Counted from the first letter of the stretch, positions 1-10,239 are shown. The stretch is DNA of 64,000 nt from Vicinamibacterales bacterium (GCA_040081715.1 JBEBFY010000005.1:124438-188437), one strand, 5' to 3'. Notes: a model not told the origin generated them from the sequence alone. A program made the numbers and translations.

Positions 1-1261
1 AGAGGCTTCCCTCCGTATCGGTGGCTATCGCCGCCACCTGGTTGAAGACCTGTTCTCCCGGGGGAGACATCCTCACAAAGCGTGCGCCGCGCCTGACGGC
101 GATGCCCTGATCGCCGGCCACCCACAGGGTGCCGCGGTTGTCGAGGTGCAGGGCGGTGATGCGTCGCCCTGGAAGCCCGTCCTGTTCCGAGTACGCCGTC
201 ACGCTGTCACCGGAGATGCGGAGCAGGCCCTGCATCGTGCCTGCCCAGACACCATCGGGCGCCGCGATCGTGGTCAGCACCTGCTGTGACACGTCGCGCC
301 GGAGCATGGGGGCGCCGGGCTCGCGCAAACGGAACGCGTCGAGGCCCCGTGATGTGCCGACCCAGACCGCACCGGCACCGTCTTCGTACAGGGCGGTGAC
401 CTGGTTGCCGGTCAGCCCTTCGAGGGTGGTGAACCGAGCCGGCGCCGAGGCGTTCGGCCTGACGACGACCAACGCGTCACGCACCCATGCCCACAAGTCT
501 CCGCGGCTGTCCTTGAACGCCTGGGGCGTAATCGTGGGGTTCAGCGTCGGGGCTGCGATGTCGATCCGGTGGCGGTGCACAGCCCAGGCCAGCCCGTCAC
601 CGAAGATGCGGGCAGGGGCGGTCCCCGCGCCGGCGCGCGCGAACGTCGCGGAGCCCGTGGCTCGGTGGTAGATGCCGGCCTGAGTGACCACCCACACGGT
701 GCCCTGCTCATCCTCTCGGACAAAGTGAATGGCCCGGGGCAGGATGCCCTGGTCAGCGCCGGCGGGCTCCCATCGGCCGTTCTGAAAACGGGCGAGGCCA
801 CCGTAGCCGACGGCCCATACGGCGCCGTCAGACCCGACGATCAGGGTGCGGATGGCGCCTGTGGGGACGCCGTCGCTGCTCGTAAAATGGCGGATGGTCC
901 CGTTGGTGTAGCGGCTGATGCCGCCGAAGTTGCCGTAGCCGATCCACAGGGTCCCGTCGGGGGCCGTGGCGAGGGCCGTCACCGACCGCTCAGGTAGCGT
1001 GGGCCGTCCGAGCGCATCCCAGCGGGTGAAGCGCACGCCGTCGAAGCGCACCGGCCCGCCCAGCATCCCCAGCCAGATGAACCCGTCGCCGTCCTGCGTG
1101 ATGGCGTACACGCTGGGCGGGTGCAGCGGGTCGCTGAACTCGGTCCACGAGGTGTGCGTGTAGCCAGAGGCGCCAGGGGGCTGCGCCGACGCGGCTTGTC
1201 CGGCAGTCAGGCCAAGCACCAGCATCACCACCAGCACGGGAATACGGCCGTGAATCGTCAT
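1..1261 (-). CDS. Reg_prop-type (two-component-regulator) beta-propeller repeat protein, N-terminal part; 3' end lies outside the window
   Basis: Absent from the ORF track because it runs off the left edge. Hand translation from the ATG (reverse complement of 1259-1261) stays open to position 1. It begins MTIHGRIPVLVVMLVLGLTAGQAASAQ (signal peptide), followed by repeated blades such as VYAITQDGDGFIWLGMLGGPVRFDG, VTALATAPDGTLWIGYGNFGGISRY and VTALYEDGAGAVWVGTSRGLDAF. Confidence 0.6.
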   Translation of the reverse strand, partial: MTIHGRIPVLVVMLVLGLTAGQAASAQPPGASGYTHTSWTEFSDPLHPPSVYAITQDGDGFIWLGMLGGPVRFDGVRFTRWDALGRPTLPERSVTALATAPDGTLWIGYGNFGGISRYTNGTIRHFTSSDGVPTGAIRTLIVGSDGAVWAVGYGGLARFQNGRWEPAGADQGILPRAIHFVREDEQGTVWVVTQAGIYHRATGSATFARAGAGTAPARIFGDGLAWAVHRHRIDIAAPTLNPTITPQAFKDSRGDLWAWVRDALVVVRPNASAPARFTTLEGLTGNQVTALYEDGAGAVWVGTSRGLDAFRLREPGAPMLRRDVSQQVLTTIAAPDGVWAGTMQGLLRISGDSVTAYSEQDGLPGRRITALHLDNRGTLWVAGDQGIAVRRGARFVRMSPPGEQVFNQVAAIATDTEGSL

Positions 1262-1376
1262 GAACGTTGCAGGGTATCGGCATCCTAGCGCATCCCCGCG
1301 CCTCCGCAATGACCCGTCCGTACCCTGTTCAGGCGATTGAGCGGATTCGGTCTGAGCCGTACCATTCCCGCGGCCT

Positions 1377-3422
1377 TTGAATGCCGGATATTCCGCCACG
1401 ACGCGGGCCTTGTTGCTGGATCTGGGGGGCAGGTTGTTGAGAACGACTGGGGCTGGCGCCCTGCTGATTGCGGTGCTCGGCCTCGTGGCCGGGCCCGGCC
1501 CGGGCGTTGAGGCCCAGGGGCCCCGGCGGCAGCCGTCCTCGCAGTGGATCGAGTACGCAGGCGATGCGGGCGGCATGAAGTACTCGCCGCTGGCGCAGAT
1601 CACGAAGGACAACGTCAAGGAGTTGCAGGTGGCCTGGCGCTGGGCGTCGGCAGATCGCGACGTCCAGAAGTCCAATGTGCTCAACCGGGCGTCCCGGTAT
1701 GAGGACACGCCGCTGATGGTGAACGGCACCTTGTACACCGGTACGCCCCTCGGCATGGTGGCGGCACTCGACGCGGGGACCGGTACGCAGAAGTGGGTCT
1801 ACGACCCGGAGAGCTACAAGGCCGGCAAGCCGCACAGCGTCGGCTTCGTGGTGCGGGGGCTCTCGTACTGGACCGACGGCAAGGCCGAACGGATCATCCA
1901 CAGCACCAACGACGCGTACCTGATCTCGATCGACGCGAAGACCGGCAAGCCCGACCCTGTGTTTGGCACCGGGGGCAAGGTGGACCTTGCGACGGGTTTC
2001 CGCAATGCCACGCGCGCCAGGAACTTCACCGGCCGGCGCGCGCTCGTCGCTGGCGACGTGCTGATTGTCGGGAACGCGATCCAGGACGCGACGGCGGGCA
2101 AGGAGGATCTGTCTCCGCCGGGACACGTGAAGGCCTATGACGTCCGCACAGGGAAGGAACTGTGGACGTTCCACACGATCCCCATGCCGGGCGAGGTCGG
2201 GTACGAGACCTGGCTCGAGGGTTCCGCCGAGCGCACGGGCAACGCCAACGCGTGGGCCGGCATGGTCTACGACGCCGAACTGGGCTATGCCTACATCGCC
2301 ACATCCGCTCCCGGGAGCGACTATTACGGCGCCCTGCGCCCAGGGAACAATCTCTTCTCGGACAGCCTGATCTGCGTCGAGGCCAAGACCGGCAAGCGCG
2401 TGTGGCACTTCCAGGGCATCCACCACGACCTCTGGGACTACGACATCACCATGCACCCGAATCTGGTGGAAATGACCGTCAGAGGCCGCAAGGTCAAGGC
2501 CGTGGTGGGCATCAGCAAGAACGGCATGGTCTTCGTGCTGGACCGCAAGACCGGCCAGCCGATCTGGCCGATCGTCGAGACGGCCGTGCCGCAGGCGAAT
2601 TCGCCGAATCGTGAGCGCACCTCGCCCACGCAGCCGATACCGAGCAAGCCCGCAGCGCCCGAGACACAGGGTGCGTTGCCCGAGAACCTCATGGACTTCA
2701 CGCCCGAGCTGAAGAAGCGGGCGCTGGAGCAGTTGCAGGCATTTGAAGCCGGCCCCATCTACACGCCGCCGTCGGTGAAGGGCACGCTGAAGGTGCCAGG
2801 TTCGCTGGGCGGCCCCAACTGGGGCGGTTCCGCGTTCGACCCCGAGACGGGGATGCTCTACGTGCCCACGCGGATGACGATGGATATCCTCAAGGCGCGC
2901 TTCACGGACCAGACGCCGGGCTCGGCTCCGAACAATCCCGAGCAGCCGGGGAAGATGTACGTGGACAGTCTCCCCATCATCAAGGCGCCGTACTCACGCG
3001 TCACGGCCATCGACCTGAATACCGGCGACCGCGCGTGGATGACGCCGCTCGGCAACGGTCCACGCAACCATCCGCTCTTGAAGGACCTGAAGCTGCCGCC
3101 GCTCGGGGATTCGGTGCTCGGTGGCGCGCCGCTCGTGACCAAGTCGCTGCTCTTTGTCGGTGTGACCTACACGTTCGTGACCGGCCAGCCGCAGCCGCCG
3201 CCGTGGGAGAAGTGGAACGACCCCGGCTTCCAGAGCAAGCTGGTCTATGTGTTCGACAAGAAGACCGGGGCGATTGTGCATGTGCTGGAGGGCAACAGTC
3301 GTTCGACCGCGGCCCCCATGACGTACCTGCACAAGGGGAAGCAGTACCTCGTCGTTGCCAATGGAAACGGGGAAGACTCGGAGCTCGTGGCCTACACGCT
3401 CAACGGAGCGCTGGCCAACTGA
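1377..3422 (+). CDS. PQQ-dependent dehydrogenase (quinoprotein, 8-bladed propeller), exported
   Basis: 681-aa ORF. N-terminal hydrophobic segment (GAGALLIAVLGLVAG), then WIEYAGDAGGMKYSPLAQITKDNVKELQVAWRW and repeated W-containing propeller motifs typical of quinoprotein glucose/alcohol dehydrogenases. The TTG start at 1377 is uncertain; the true start may be a few codons downstream. Confidence 0.75.
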   Translation: MNAGYSATTRALLLDLGGRLLRTTGAGALLIAVLGLVAGPGPGVEAQGPRRQPSSQWIEYAGDAGGMKYSPLAQITKDNVKELQVAWRWASADRDVQKSNVLNRASRYEDTPLMVNGTLYTGTPLGMVAALDAGTGTQKWVYDPESYKAGKPHSVGFVVRGLSYWTDGKAERIIHSTNDAYLISIDAKTGKPDPVFGTGGKVDLATGFRNATRARNFTGRRALVAGDVLIVGNAIQDATAGKEDLSPPGHVKAYDVRTGKELWTFHTIPMPGEVGYETWLEGSAERTGNANAWAGMVYDAELGYAYIATSAPGSDYYGALRPGNNLFSDSLICVEAKTGKRVWHFQGIHHDLWDYDITMHPNLVEMTVRGRKVKAVVGISKNGMVFVLDRKTGQPIWPIVETAVPQANSPNRERTSPTQPIPSKPAAPETQGALPENLMDFTPELKKRALEQLQAFEAGPIYTPPSVKGTLKVPGSLGGPNWGGSAFDPETGMLYVPTRMTMDILKARFTDQTPGSAPNNPEQPGKMYVDSLPIIKAPYSRVTAIDLNTGDRAWMTPLGNGPRNHPLLKDLKLPPLGDSVLGGAPLVTKSLLFVGVTYTFVTGQPQPPPWEKWNDPGFQSKLVYVFDKKTGAIVHVLEGNSRSTAAPMTYLHKGKQYLVVANGNGEDSELVAYTLNGALAN

Positions 3423-3455
3423 ACGTGGTCTCGTTGTAACTCTAGGAGGGTAGTA

Positions 3456-6400
3456 GTGCGTAACAGACTAATCGGTCTCGCGGTCGCCGCGGTGTGTGCG
3501 TTGATGAGCCCCATGGGGGCGTTTGCCCAGTCCGCCACCTCGGCCGCAATCGCCGGAGTGGCGAAGGACACCACGGGCGCGGTGCTGCCCGGCGTGACGG
3601 TGGAGGCGGCCAGCCCGGCGCTCATCGAGAAAGTGCGGTCGGTCATCACCGACGACAGCGGGAACTACAAGATCCTCGACCTGCGGCCCGGCACCTATTC
3701 GGTCACCTTCACCCTGCCTGGCTTCGGCACCTACAAGCGCGACGCGCTGGAACTGACGACGGGCGTGACGGTGAACGTCAATGCGGAGATGAAGGTCGGC
3801 TCCCTGGAGGAGACAGTCACGGTGACCGGCGCCACGCCGGTGGTCGACATTCAGAACGTCCGCAGCCAGACGGTGCTCTCGCAGACGACGCTTGACGCGA
3901 TCCCTTCTGCAAAGACGGCGGCGGCCTTCGCCGGACTGACGCTCGGTGCGAGCATGCAGGCGGCCAACGCGCAGGACGTCGGTGGGAACAAGGGCGACGC
4001 CGTGTCGGCCATCTCCATCCACGGCGGCCGGTCCAACGACAGCCTGTTCAAGATCGACGGCATGCGATTCGGCAACAACTCGGGCGACGGTGGTGGCGTG
4101 AACAAGATCTACTTCACCAACGTGGCGGCCATCCAGGAAACCACGCTCGAAACGGCCGGCATGTCGGCCGAAGCGGACACGGGTGGCGTGCAGGTGAACT
4201 ACGTGCCGAAGGAAGGTGGCAACGCCTTCAAATACTACCTGGCCGGCAACTTCGCGAACAACGCGATGCAGAGTACCAATCTGAGCGCTGAACACAAGGC
4301 GCGTGGTCTCACAACGGCGTCGTCTATCGACAAGATCTACGACATCGGCGGCGGTGTGGGCGGCCCGATCAAGAAGGACAAGATCTGGTTCTACACGGCC
4401 CACCGTACGTGGGGGACGCAGGAGTTCCAGCCCGGGGCTTTCTTCAACAAGTCCGCCAATCCGCTGTTCTACGACGCCGATACCAGCAAGCCGGCCTACA
4501 CGGACACCTACATCCGCGACCACAGCGTGCGGATCACTTGGCAGCTCTCGCAGAAGAACAAGATCGCATGGTATGAGAGCACGCAGAAGAACTGCTTCTG
4601 CTACCTCGGTGTGAGCAGCGCCGCGTCGCCGGAAGCGGTCACGACCCTGCACTTCGACCCCCTGTACCTGAGCCAGGTGACCTGGAGCAACCCGGCCAGC
4701 AACAGGCTGTTGCTGGATGCTGGCGTGTCCTACTCGTTCAACGCCAAGAAGTCACCCATTCCCGGTGAAGAGGGTGGGCTGGTGAAGGCCGACGCCATCT
4801 CCATCACCGACCAGGGCCTCGGTATCACCTACGGCGCCTTCGCGACGACGGGGTCCACGGCGTACAACCTGACCAAGCGCGGCCAGGAAGGCAACCAGAT
4901 GAACGGCCGCGTGTCGATGTCCTACGTGACAGGCTCGCACGCCTTCAAGGGCGGCCTCATGTTCTACCGCGGCTGGGACCACCAGGACCGCACCGTGAAT
5001 CAGCTGCTGAGCTACACGTTCCGCAACCGTGTGCCCATCAGCCTCACGCAGTGGGCGATGCCCGTGCTGACCGACAACCTGATGCTGGGCCTGGGCTACT
5101 ACGCGCAGGACCAGTGGACGATGGGGCGGTTGACGGTCACCGGCGGCGTCCGGCTCGATACCTTCAACGGCAACGCACCGGCCGTCACCCTGGAGGCCTC
5201 GCGCTTCCTGCCGGCGCGCTCGTTCCCCGCGGTGACTGACGCACCGAAGTGGAAGGACGTGTCGCCGCGCGTGGGCGTGGCCTACGACGTATTCGGGAAT
5301 GGCAGAACGGCCGTGAAAGGGTCGATTGGCCGCTACGTGCAGGCCATGGGGGTGGGCATCACGGAGCAGATGAACCCCCAGTTGTCCGTGGCGCTGAATT
5401 CCACGCGGACCTGGTCCGACACCAACGGCAACCTCGTGCCCGACTGCGACCTGACGCCGACGTCAGGCGCCAACGGTGAGTGTGGCGCGCTGGCCGACAG
5501 GCTCTTCGGCACGGTGCAGGCGCAGCGCACGTTCGCTGCCGACGTAGTAAACGGCAACCAGATCCGGTCTTACAACATGCAGGCGTCTGTGTCGGTGCAG
5601 CAGGAGTTGCGTCCAGGCATGGCGCTGAACGTGGGCTACTTCCGCACCTCGTTCGGTAACTTCTCGATCACGGATAACACGCTGGTGACTCCGGCCAACT
5701 ACGACAGCTTCTGCGTGACGGCACCGACCGACGCGCGGCTTCCAGGCGGCGGCGGAAATCAGCTGTGCGGCCTGCAGGACGTGAACCCGACCCGGTTCGG
5801 CCAGCGCAATAACGTCGTGACCCAGTCGAGCAAGTTTGGCGACTACAAGGTGTACTTCAACGGCGTGGATGCCGCGGTGAACGCCCGCTTCGGCAAGGGT
5901 GGCGTGTTCAACGGTGGCGTGTCGTTCGGGCAGAACGTCACAGATGCCTGCGGCATCACGATCGACGCGCCGGGGCTCCTTCCCGGCAACACGACCGCCC
6001 CTGGCTTCGCGCTGCTCGACGGCCGCGAGGGCTTCTGCAAGAACGTGCAGCCGTGGTTGAAGGGTGGCACGCAGCTCAAGTTCAACGCCATCTACCCGCT
6101 GCCGTTCGGCTTCCAGGCTGCGGCGACGGTGCAGAACCTGCCGGGCATCCCGGTGTCGGCGAACAACACCTTCACCAACGCGCAGGTGCTCCCGTCGCTG
6201 GGCCGGAACCTCTCGGCCGGGGCCGCGGGCACCGTGGTGGTGCCGATCCTGACGCCGAACACCCTGTTTGAGGACCGCCTCAATCAGGTGGACGTGCGAT
6301 TCAGCCGGCGTATCAACGTGGGCCGCGCCAAGATTCAGGCGCAGTTCGACGTCTACAACATCTTCAACGCCGGGACGATTCTGAGCGTGAACGGCACGTT

Positions 6401-6476
6401 CGGCGCGGCGTGGCTCCGGCCAACGTCGATCCTCGGACCGCGTGTCATGAAGTTCGGCACGGTGATCGATTTCTAG
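3456..6476 (+). CDS. TonB-dependent receptor with N-terminal carboxypeptidase-regulatory-like domain
   Basis: 1006 aa with a signal peptide (AVAAVCALMSPMGAFAQS). CarboxypepD_reg-like segment IAGVAKDTTGAVLPGVTVEAASPAL...DDSGNYKILDLRPGTYSVTFTLPGF. Long beta-barrel region and a C-terminal aromatic residue (...KFGTVIDF). AGGAGG lies 7 nt upstream of the GTG start. Confidence 0.8.
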   Translation: MRNRLIGLAVAAVCALMSPMGAFAQSATSAAIAGVAKDTTGAVLPGVTVEAASPALIEKVRSVITDDSGNYKILDLRPGTYSVTFTLPGFGTYKRDALELTTGVTVNVNAEMKVGSLEETVTVTGATPVVDIQNVRSQTVLSQTTLDAIPSAKTAAAFAGLTLGASMQAANAQDVGGNKGDAVSAISIHGGRSNDSLFKIDGMRFGNNSGDGGGVNKIYFTNVAAIQETTLETAGMSAEADTGGVQVNYVPKEGGNAFKYYLAGNFANNAMQSTNLSAEHKARGLTTASSIDKIYDIGGGVGGPIKKDKIWFYTAHRTWGTQEFQPGAFFNKSANPLFYDADTSKPAYTDTYIRDHSVRITWQLSQKNKIAWYESTQKNCFCYLGVSSAASPEAVTTLHFDPLYLSQVTWSNPASNRLLLDAGVSYSFNAKKSPIPGEEGGLVKADAISITDQGLGITYGAFATTGSTAYNLTKRGQEGNQMNGRVSMSYVTGSHAFKGGLMFYRGWDHQDRTVNQLLSYTFRNRVPISLTQWAMPVLTDNLMLGLGYYAQDQWTMGRLTVTGGVRLDTFNGNAPAVTLEASRFLPARSFPAVTDAPKWKDVSPRVGVAYDVFGNGRTAVKGSIGRYVQAMGVGITEQMNPQLSVALNSTRTWSDTNGNLVPDCDLTPTSGANGECGALADRLFGTVQAQRTFAADVVNGNQIRSYNMQASVSVQQELRPGMALNVGYFRTSFGNFSITDNTLVTPANYDSFCVTAPTDARLPGGGGNQLCGLQDVNPTRFGQRNNVVTQSSKFGDYKVYFNGVDAAVNARFGKGGVFNGGVSFGQNVTDACGITIDAPGLLPGNTTAPGFALLDGREGFCKNVQPWLKGGTQLKFNAIYPLPFGFQAAATVQNLPGIPVSANNTFTNAQVLPSLGRNLSAGAAGTVVVPILTPNTLFEDRLNQVDVRFSRRINVGRAKIQAQFDVYNIFNAGTILSVNGTFGAAWLRPTSILGPRVMKFGTVIDF

Positions 6477-6491
6477 TTCCGGTAGTCTGTG

Positions 6492-6525
6492 GGAGGAGCG
6501 GGGTCCGGCCGGGCTTCGCTCCTCC
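6492..6525 (+). terminator. GC-rich hairpin downstream of the receptor gene (possible terminator, no U-tract)
   Basis: GGAGGAGCG (6492-6500) pairs perfectly with CGCTCCTCC (6517-6525), with a 16-nt loop. Confidence 0.35.
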
Positions 6526-6583
6526 GCCTCAGGCAGGCTATGCAGATGGGCGTTCATTTAAAGCGATACAGGTAGGACATCCC

Positions 6584-8095
6584 ATGCGAGCGAGACACCA
6601 CGGGCGGGCGATGTTGCTGCTGGCGGGGCTGGCAGCGGCCACACTGCAGGGACGGGTTCTAAGCGCGGCCGGACTCACGCTTGTGGAGGCCGTGCGCACG
6701 GGCGAAGCGGTGGCCATCAAGACGGCGCTGTCGACGACGCGGGACGTGAACGCGGGGGGCGTGGACGGCACGACGGCCCTGCACTGGGCGGCCAGGCGGG
6801 GTGACGCCGAGACCGTCAAGGCGCTCCTGCTGCGCGGAGCCAAGGTGGACGCCGCGAACCGCTACGGCGTGACCGCGCTTCGGGCGGCGGCCGAGAATGG
6901 AAGCCTTCCCGTCGTGGAGGCGCTGCTGAAGGCGGGGGCGGACGCCAACGCCATCCGGAAGGAAAGCGGCGACACTTCTTTGATGATTGCCGCACGGGCC
7001 GGTCATGCCCCCGTGGTGCGTGCCTTGATCGCCAAGGGCGCCAAAGTTGATACCACTGAGCCGCTGCGGAAACAGACGGCGCTGATGTGGGCGGCCGCCG
7101 AACACCATCCCGAGGCCGTGAAGGTGCTCATCGAGGCGGGTGCGAACACGAAGGCGCTCTCCACGAAGAAGATTTCCCCACTGATGTTCGCGATTCGCGC
7201 GGGCGACATCGAGTCGACGCGGATCCTGCTCGACACCGGACTTGACGTAAAGGAACCGGCCGCCGACGGCACGCACATGCTGGCGCTGGCCATGATCAAC
7301 GCGCACTACGAACTGGCGAAGTTTCTGCTGGAGCGCGGCGCGGATGCCAACGGCGATGACCCGAACGGCAAGCCGCTGCATATTCTGGCCTTCATGCACC
7401 GCGCCGACAATCGCGCCCTCTCCACCGTGCTGCCGAGGCAGATTCCGCTGACCGGTGTCGAGACATTCGCGCTGATGGATGAGCTGCTGAAGCGCGGGGC
7501 CGACATCAACGCCCGCTACACGGGGTACGGCGCCCCCCGGCGCATCGCACTCGGCGGCTACCGGATGGGGCTGGCCGGTGCCACGCCGTTCTTCATCGCC
7601 GCCATGACGGTCAACCCGCCGCTCATGAAGTTCCTGAAAGCGAAGGGCGCCGACACGAACATCCCGTTACTATCCGGGATTACGCCTCTGTTGGCGGCGT
7701 CTGGTATCGGGTTCTGGGAAGGGGAATGTCCTGGCACCAACGCCGAGGCCATGGAGTCGGTGCAGTACCTCGTCGGGATCGGCCAGGATCCGAAGGCCGT
7801 CATTGGGGGCGGGTCCAAGCCGGACGCGCAGTGGGAGGGATCCACGGCCATGCACGGCGCGGCCAACCGCGGCGCCCCGGAACTGGTGGACTGGCTGGCA
7901 GCCAAGGGTGTGCCGCTCGATACCACGAGCCAGCGCGGCCTTCGGCCCTATCACCACGCCGCCGGGCTGGACGGCTTCCTGTTCCACGCCTCGCCGGAGA
8001 GCGTGCAGCGGTTGATGGCGCTGGCCAAGGCGCGTGGCGAAACCATCGACCTGTCCGAGCCACTGGCCTCGAAGCGGCCCGGCAGCTTGCAGTAG
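6584..8095 (+). CDS. exported ankyrin-repeat protein
   Basis: Trimmed to the ATG at 6584 (MRARHHGRAMLLLAGLAAATLQG, signal-like). Multiple ANK units, for example GTTALHWAARRGDAETVKALLLRGAKVD, GVTALRAAAENGSLPVVEALLKAGADAN and DTSLMIAARAGHAPVVRALIAKGAKVD. Confidence 0.8.
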   Translation: MRARHHGRAMLLLAGLAAATLQGRVLSAAGLTLVEAVRTGEAVAIKTALSTTRDVNAGGVDGTTALHWAARRGDAETVKALLLRGAKVDAANRYGVTALRAAAENGSLPVVEALLKAGADANAIRKESGDTSLMIAARAGHAPVVRALIAKGAKVDTTEPLRKQTALMWAAAEHHPEAVKVLIEAGANTKALSTKKISPLMFAIRAGDIESTRILLDTGLDVKEPAADGTHMLALAMINAHYELAKFLLERGADANGDDPNGKPLHILAFMHRADNRALSTVLPRQIPLTGVETFALMDELLKRGADINARYTGYGAPRRIALGGYRMGLAGATPFFIAAMTVNPPLMKFLKAKGADTNIPLLSGITPLLAASGIGFWEGECPGTNAEAMESVQYLVGIGQDPKAVIGGGSKPDAQWEGSTAMHGAANRGAPELVDWLAAKGVPLDTTSQRGLRPYHHAAGLDGFLFHASPESVQRLMALAKARGETIDLSEPLASKRPGSLQ

Positions 8096-8107
8096 ACTTC
8101 CGGCCGG

Positions 8108-9133
8108 ATGGTCAGGCCGGTGTTCGTGCAGGGACTCGCAGCCCTTCGAGGATTCGGGACAGCCGCGGTCGTCGCGCTGACATGGGCGGGATTGGCGTCG
8201 GCCGGCCTGGCACAGGATGCGCCTGCGGCGCGTGAGGTGCCCGCCTTTCACCACCTGCACCTGAACGCCTCGGCCCCGGACGCATCCATTCGCTTCTACG
8301 AACGGCAGTTTCCCACGACCGTGCGGGTCGAACCGGTCGCTGGCTTTCCGGCGGCCCGGACGGGCCGCGTGCTGCTGCTGTTCAGCAAAACGCGCCGGTC
8401 AACCTCCCCCCAGCCCCAGAGCGCCTACTGGCACTTTGGGTGGCACGTGCCCAGCGCCAAGGTGTACTGGGAGCGGTACCGATCGACCGGGGCTCCGCTC
8501 ACGCCGCTCCATACCGATGACGGCGGCACGGTCACGTTCAGCAACGAGTGGCTGCCCGGCACGTTGACCAGGGCCGCCGCCGAGGCGGCGCGAGCCAGGG
8601 GCACACGGGCGCAGGCGGGCGGCTACGGGTATCTCACGGGCCCGGACGGCGAGTGGATCGAGTTTGCGGGGGACCTTCCCGCCGAACGCTTCAACCACGT
8701 TCACATGTTTCAAGAGGACGTCTTCTGCGCAGAGCTGTGGTACGCACGGAACCTGCATGCCCCCGTGAGCGCGACGGCCCTACGATCCACGAACCGGAAG
8801 ACCGACCCGGCCGACTGTCAGGTGCCCAAGGCTGAACCGTCGTGGCTGTCTCTCGTGCCGGAGGGCACCGTCCGTGTGCCCCAGGGCGGCGTGGCCTTTG
8901 GCGACGTGGAGATGAACTGGTATCAGCGGCAGGGTGCGGGTCCACTGGTGCCCTCGAGCGGGGGCGTCATGGACCACGTCGGCCTCCAGATTCACGGCCT
9001 GGACGCGTGGCTGGCCCGGTTGCGGGAGAATGGTGTCCGCATTCTGAAGCGTCCGTATCGTTTCGGAGGCGGCCGCGCGGCGCTCATTGAGGGGCCGAGC
9101 CGCGAGGTCATCGAGTTGATCGAGGTGCCGTGA
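8108..9133 (+). CDS. exported VOC (glyoxalase/bleomycin-resistance/dioxygenase) superfamily protein, two-module
   Basis: Signal-like N-terminus (AAVVALTWAGLASAGLAQD). FHHLHLNASAPDASIRFYERQF sits near the N-terminus and MDHVGLQIHGLDAWLARLRENGVRILKRPYRFGGGRAALIEGPSREVIELIEV at the C-terminus, which are typical VOC beta-alpha-beta modules. Confidence 0.6.
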   Translation: MVRPVFVQGLAALRGFGTAAVVALTWAGLASAGLAQDAPAAREVPAFHHLHLNASAPDASIRFYERQFPTTVRVEPVAGFPAARTGRVLLLFSKTRRSTSPQPQSAYWHFGWHVPSAKVYWERYRSTGAPLTPLHTDDGGTVTFSNEWLPGTLTRAAAEAARARGTRAQAGGYGYLTGPDGEWIEFAGDLPAERFNHVHMFQEDVFCAELWYARNLHAPVSATALRSTNRKTDPADCQVPKAEPSWLSLVPEGTVRVPQGGVAFGDVEMNWYQRQGAGPLVPSSGGVMDHVGLQIHGLDAWLARLRENGVRILKRPYRFGGGRAALIEGPSREVIELIEVP

Positions 9134-10239
9134 TGCGGATCAACGGGTTGGCGCGGTACACATGCGGGGCGGCCTTGCTGACGCTGCTTGGCGGCGTCGC
9201 GGGCGCGTGGCTGGCCGTGCCCGTGGTGCAGGCGCAGGCTGGCGGCGAGCCCGAGGCGTACTACACCGAGGCGCAGGCGACCCGTGGCAGGAGCCTGTGG
9301 GACAAGCACTGCGCGGCATGCCATGCGGCCGAGCCCGATGCTGAGAAGTTCAAGGCGGACCCCGCCGGGTTCCTGATCGCCAAGGTCAAGACGCCGAGCA
9401 ACCTCGGCGGACGCTACATCGCGGACAAGAAGAACAACGGGCGCCGCATCTTCACGTCGGTCTACTTCCTCTACCGGGAGCTGGAGTCGATGCCGGCGGT
9501 GACGACGAGCATCACCGCGCAGATGCGCACCGATGTCCTCGCCTTCCTGCTGAAGCAGAACGGGTTCCCTGCGGGCAAGGGGGAACTGCTGCCGGACCCT
9601 GCCGCGATGAAGCAGATGCCGCTCGACGAGCCCGGCTTCGTGCGTCTCTTCAACGGGCGGAACCTGGAGGGGTGGAAGTTCCTGGTCGGCCTGAGCTGCG
9701 CGCCGCCGCCCGAGAGCTGCGGGCGCACGACGCCGGGCATGGCCTTCACGGTGCAGCAGGGCGTCATTCGCGGGTCCGGCAAGGAGCACGGGTTCATGTA
9801 CACGACGGGCAAGTACAAGAACTTCACGTTGCGACTGGACTACCTCTCCGAGAAGCCTGCCGACTTCGACGCCGACGACGTCTATTACTACGCGAATACG
9901 GGATATCACCTGTTCCTGATGGACGAGAACCTGTTCGTGTGGCCGAAGTCGATGACTCTGGCGGGGGAGCAGCGCGACCTGCTGAGGCCGATTGCCCTCG
10001 GCGGCACCAAGATGCGCGCGAGCACCTGGGACAACGAGGCGCGGCTCCGCGTGGTCCGCCCTCTGGGTGAGTGGAACTCGATCGAGATCGTCTCGAGCGA
10101 CAGCAACATCAAGGCGTATCTCAACGACACGCTCATCTCCACGGTGACGCAGCACGAATTCACCCAGCCCGGCTACATCGGTTTGCAGATGCAGGGTTTC
10201 TCGTCCCGCTGGCGGAATATCCGGATCCGGGAAGACTGA
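9130..10239 (+). CDS. mono-haem cytochrome c fused to a DUF1080 (3-keto-disaccharide-hydrolase-like) domain
   Basis: Signal peptide present. One CxxCH motif (HCAACHAAEP). The DUF1080 signature starts at FVRLFNGRNLEGWKF and ends at GYIGLQMQGFSSRWRNIRIRE. The start overlaps the upstream stop codon (GTGATG). Confidence 0.75.
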   Translation: MMRINGLARYTCGAALLTLLGGVAGAWLAVPVVQAQAGGEPEAYYTEAQATRGRSLWDKHCAACHAAEPDAEKFKADPAGFLIAKVKTPSNLGGRYIADKKNNGRRIFTSVYFLYRELESMPAVTTSITAQMRTDVLAFLLKQNGFPAGKGELLPDPAAMKQMPLDEPGFVRLFNGRNLEGWKFLVGLSCAPPPESCGRTTPGMAFTVQQGVIRGSGKEHGFMYTTGKYKNFTLRLDYLSEKPADFDADDVYYYANTGYHLFLMDENLFVWPKSMTLAGEQRDLLRPIALGGTKMRASTWDNEARLRVVRPLGEWNSIEIVSSDSNIKAYLNDTLISTVTQHEFTQPGYIGLQMQGFSSRWRNIRIRED

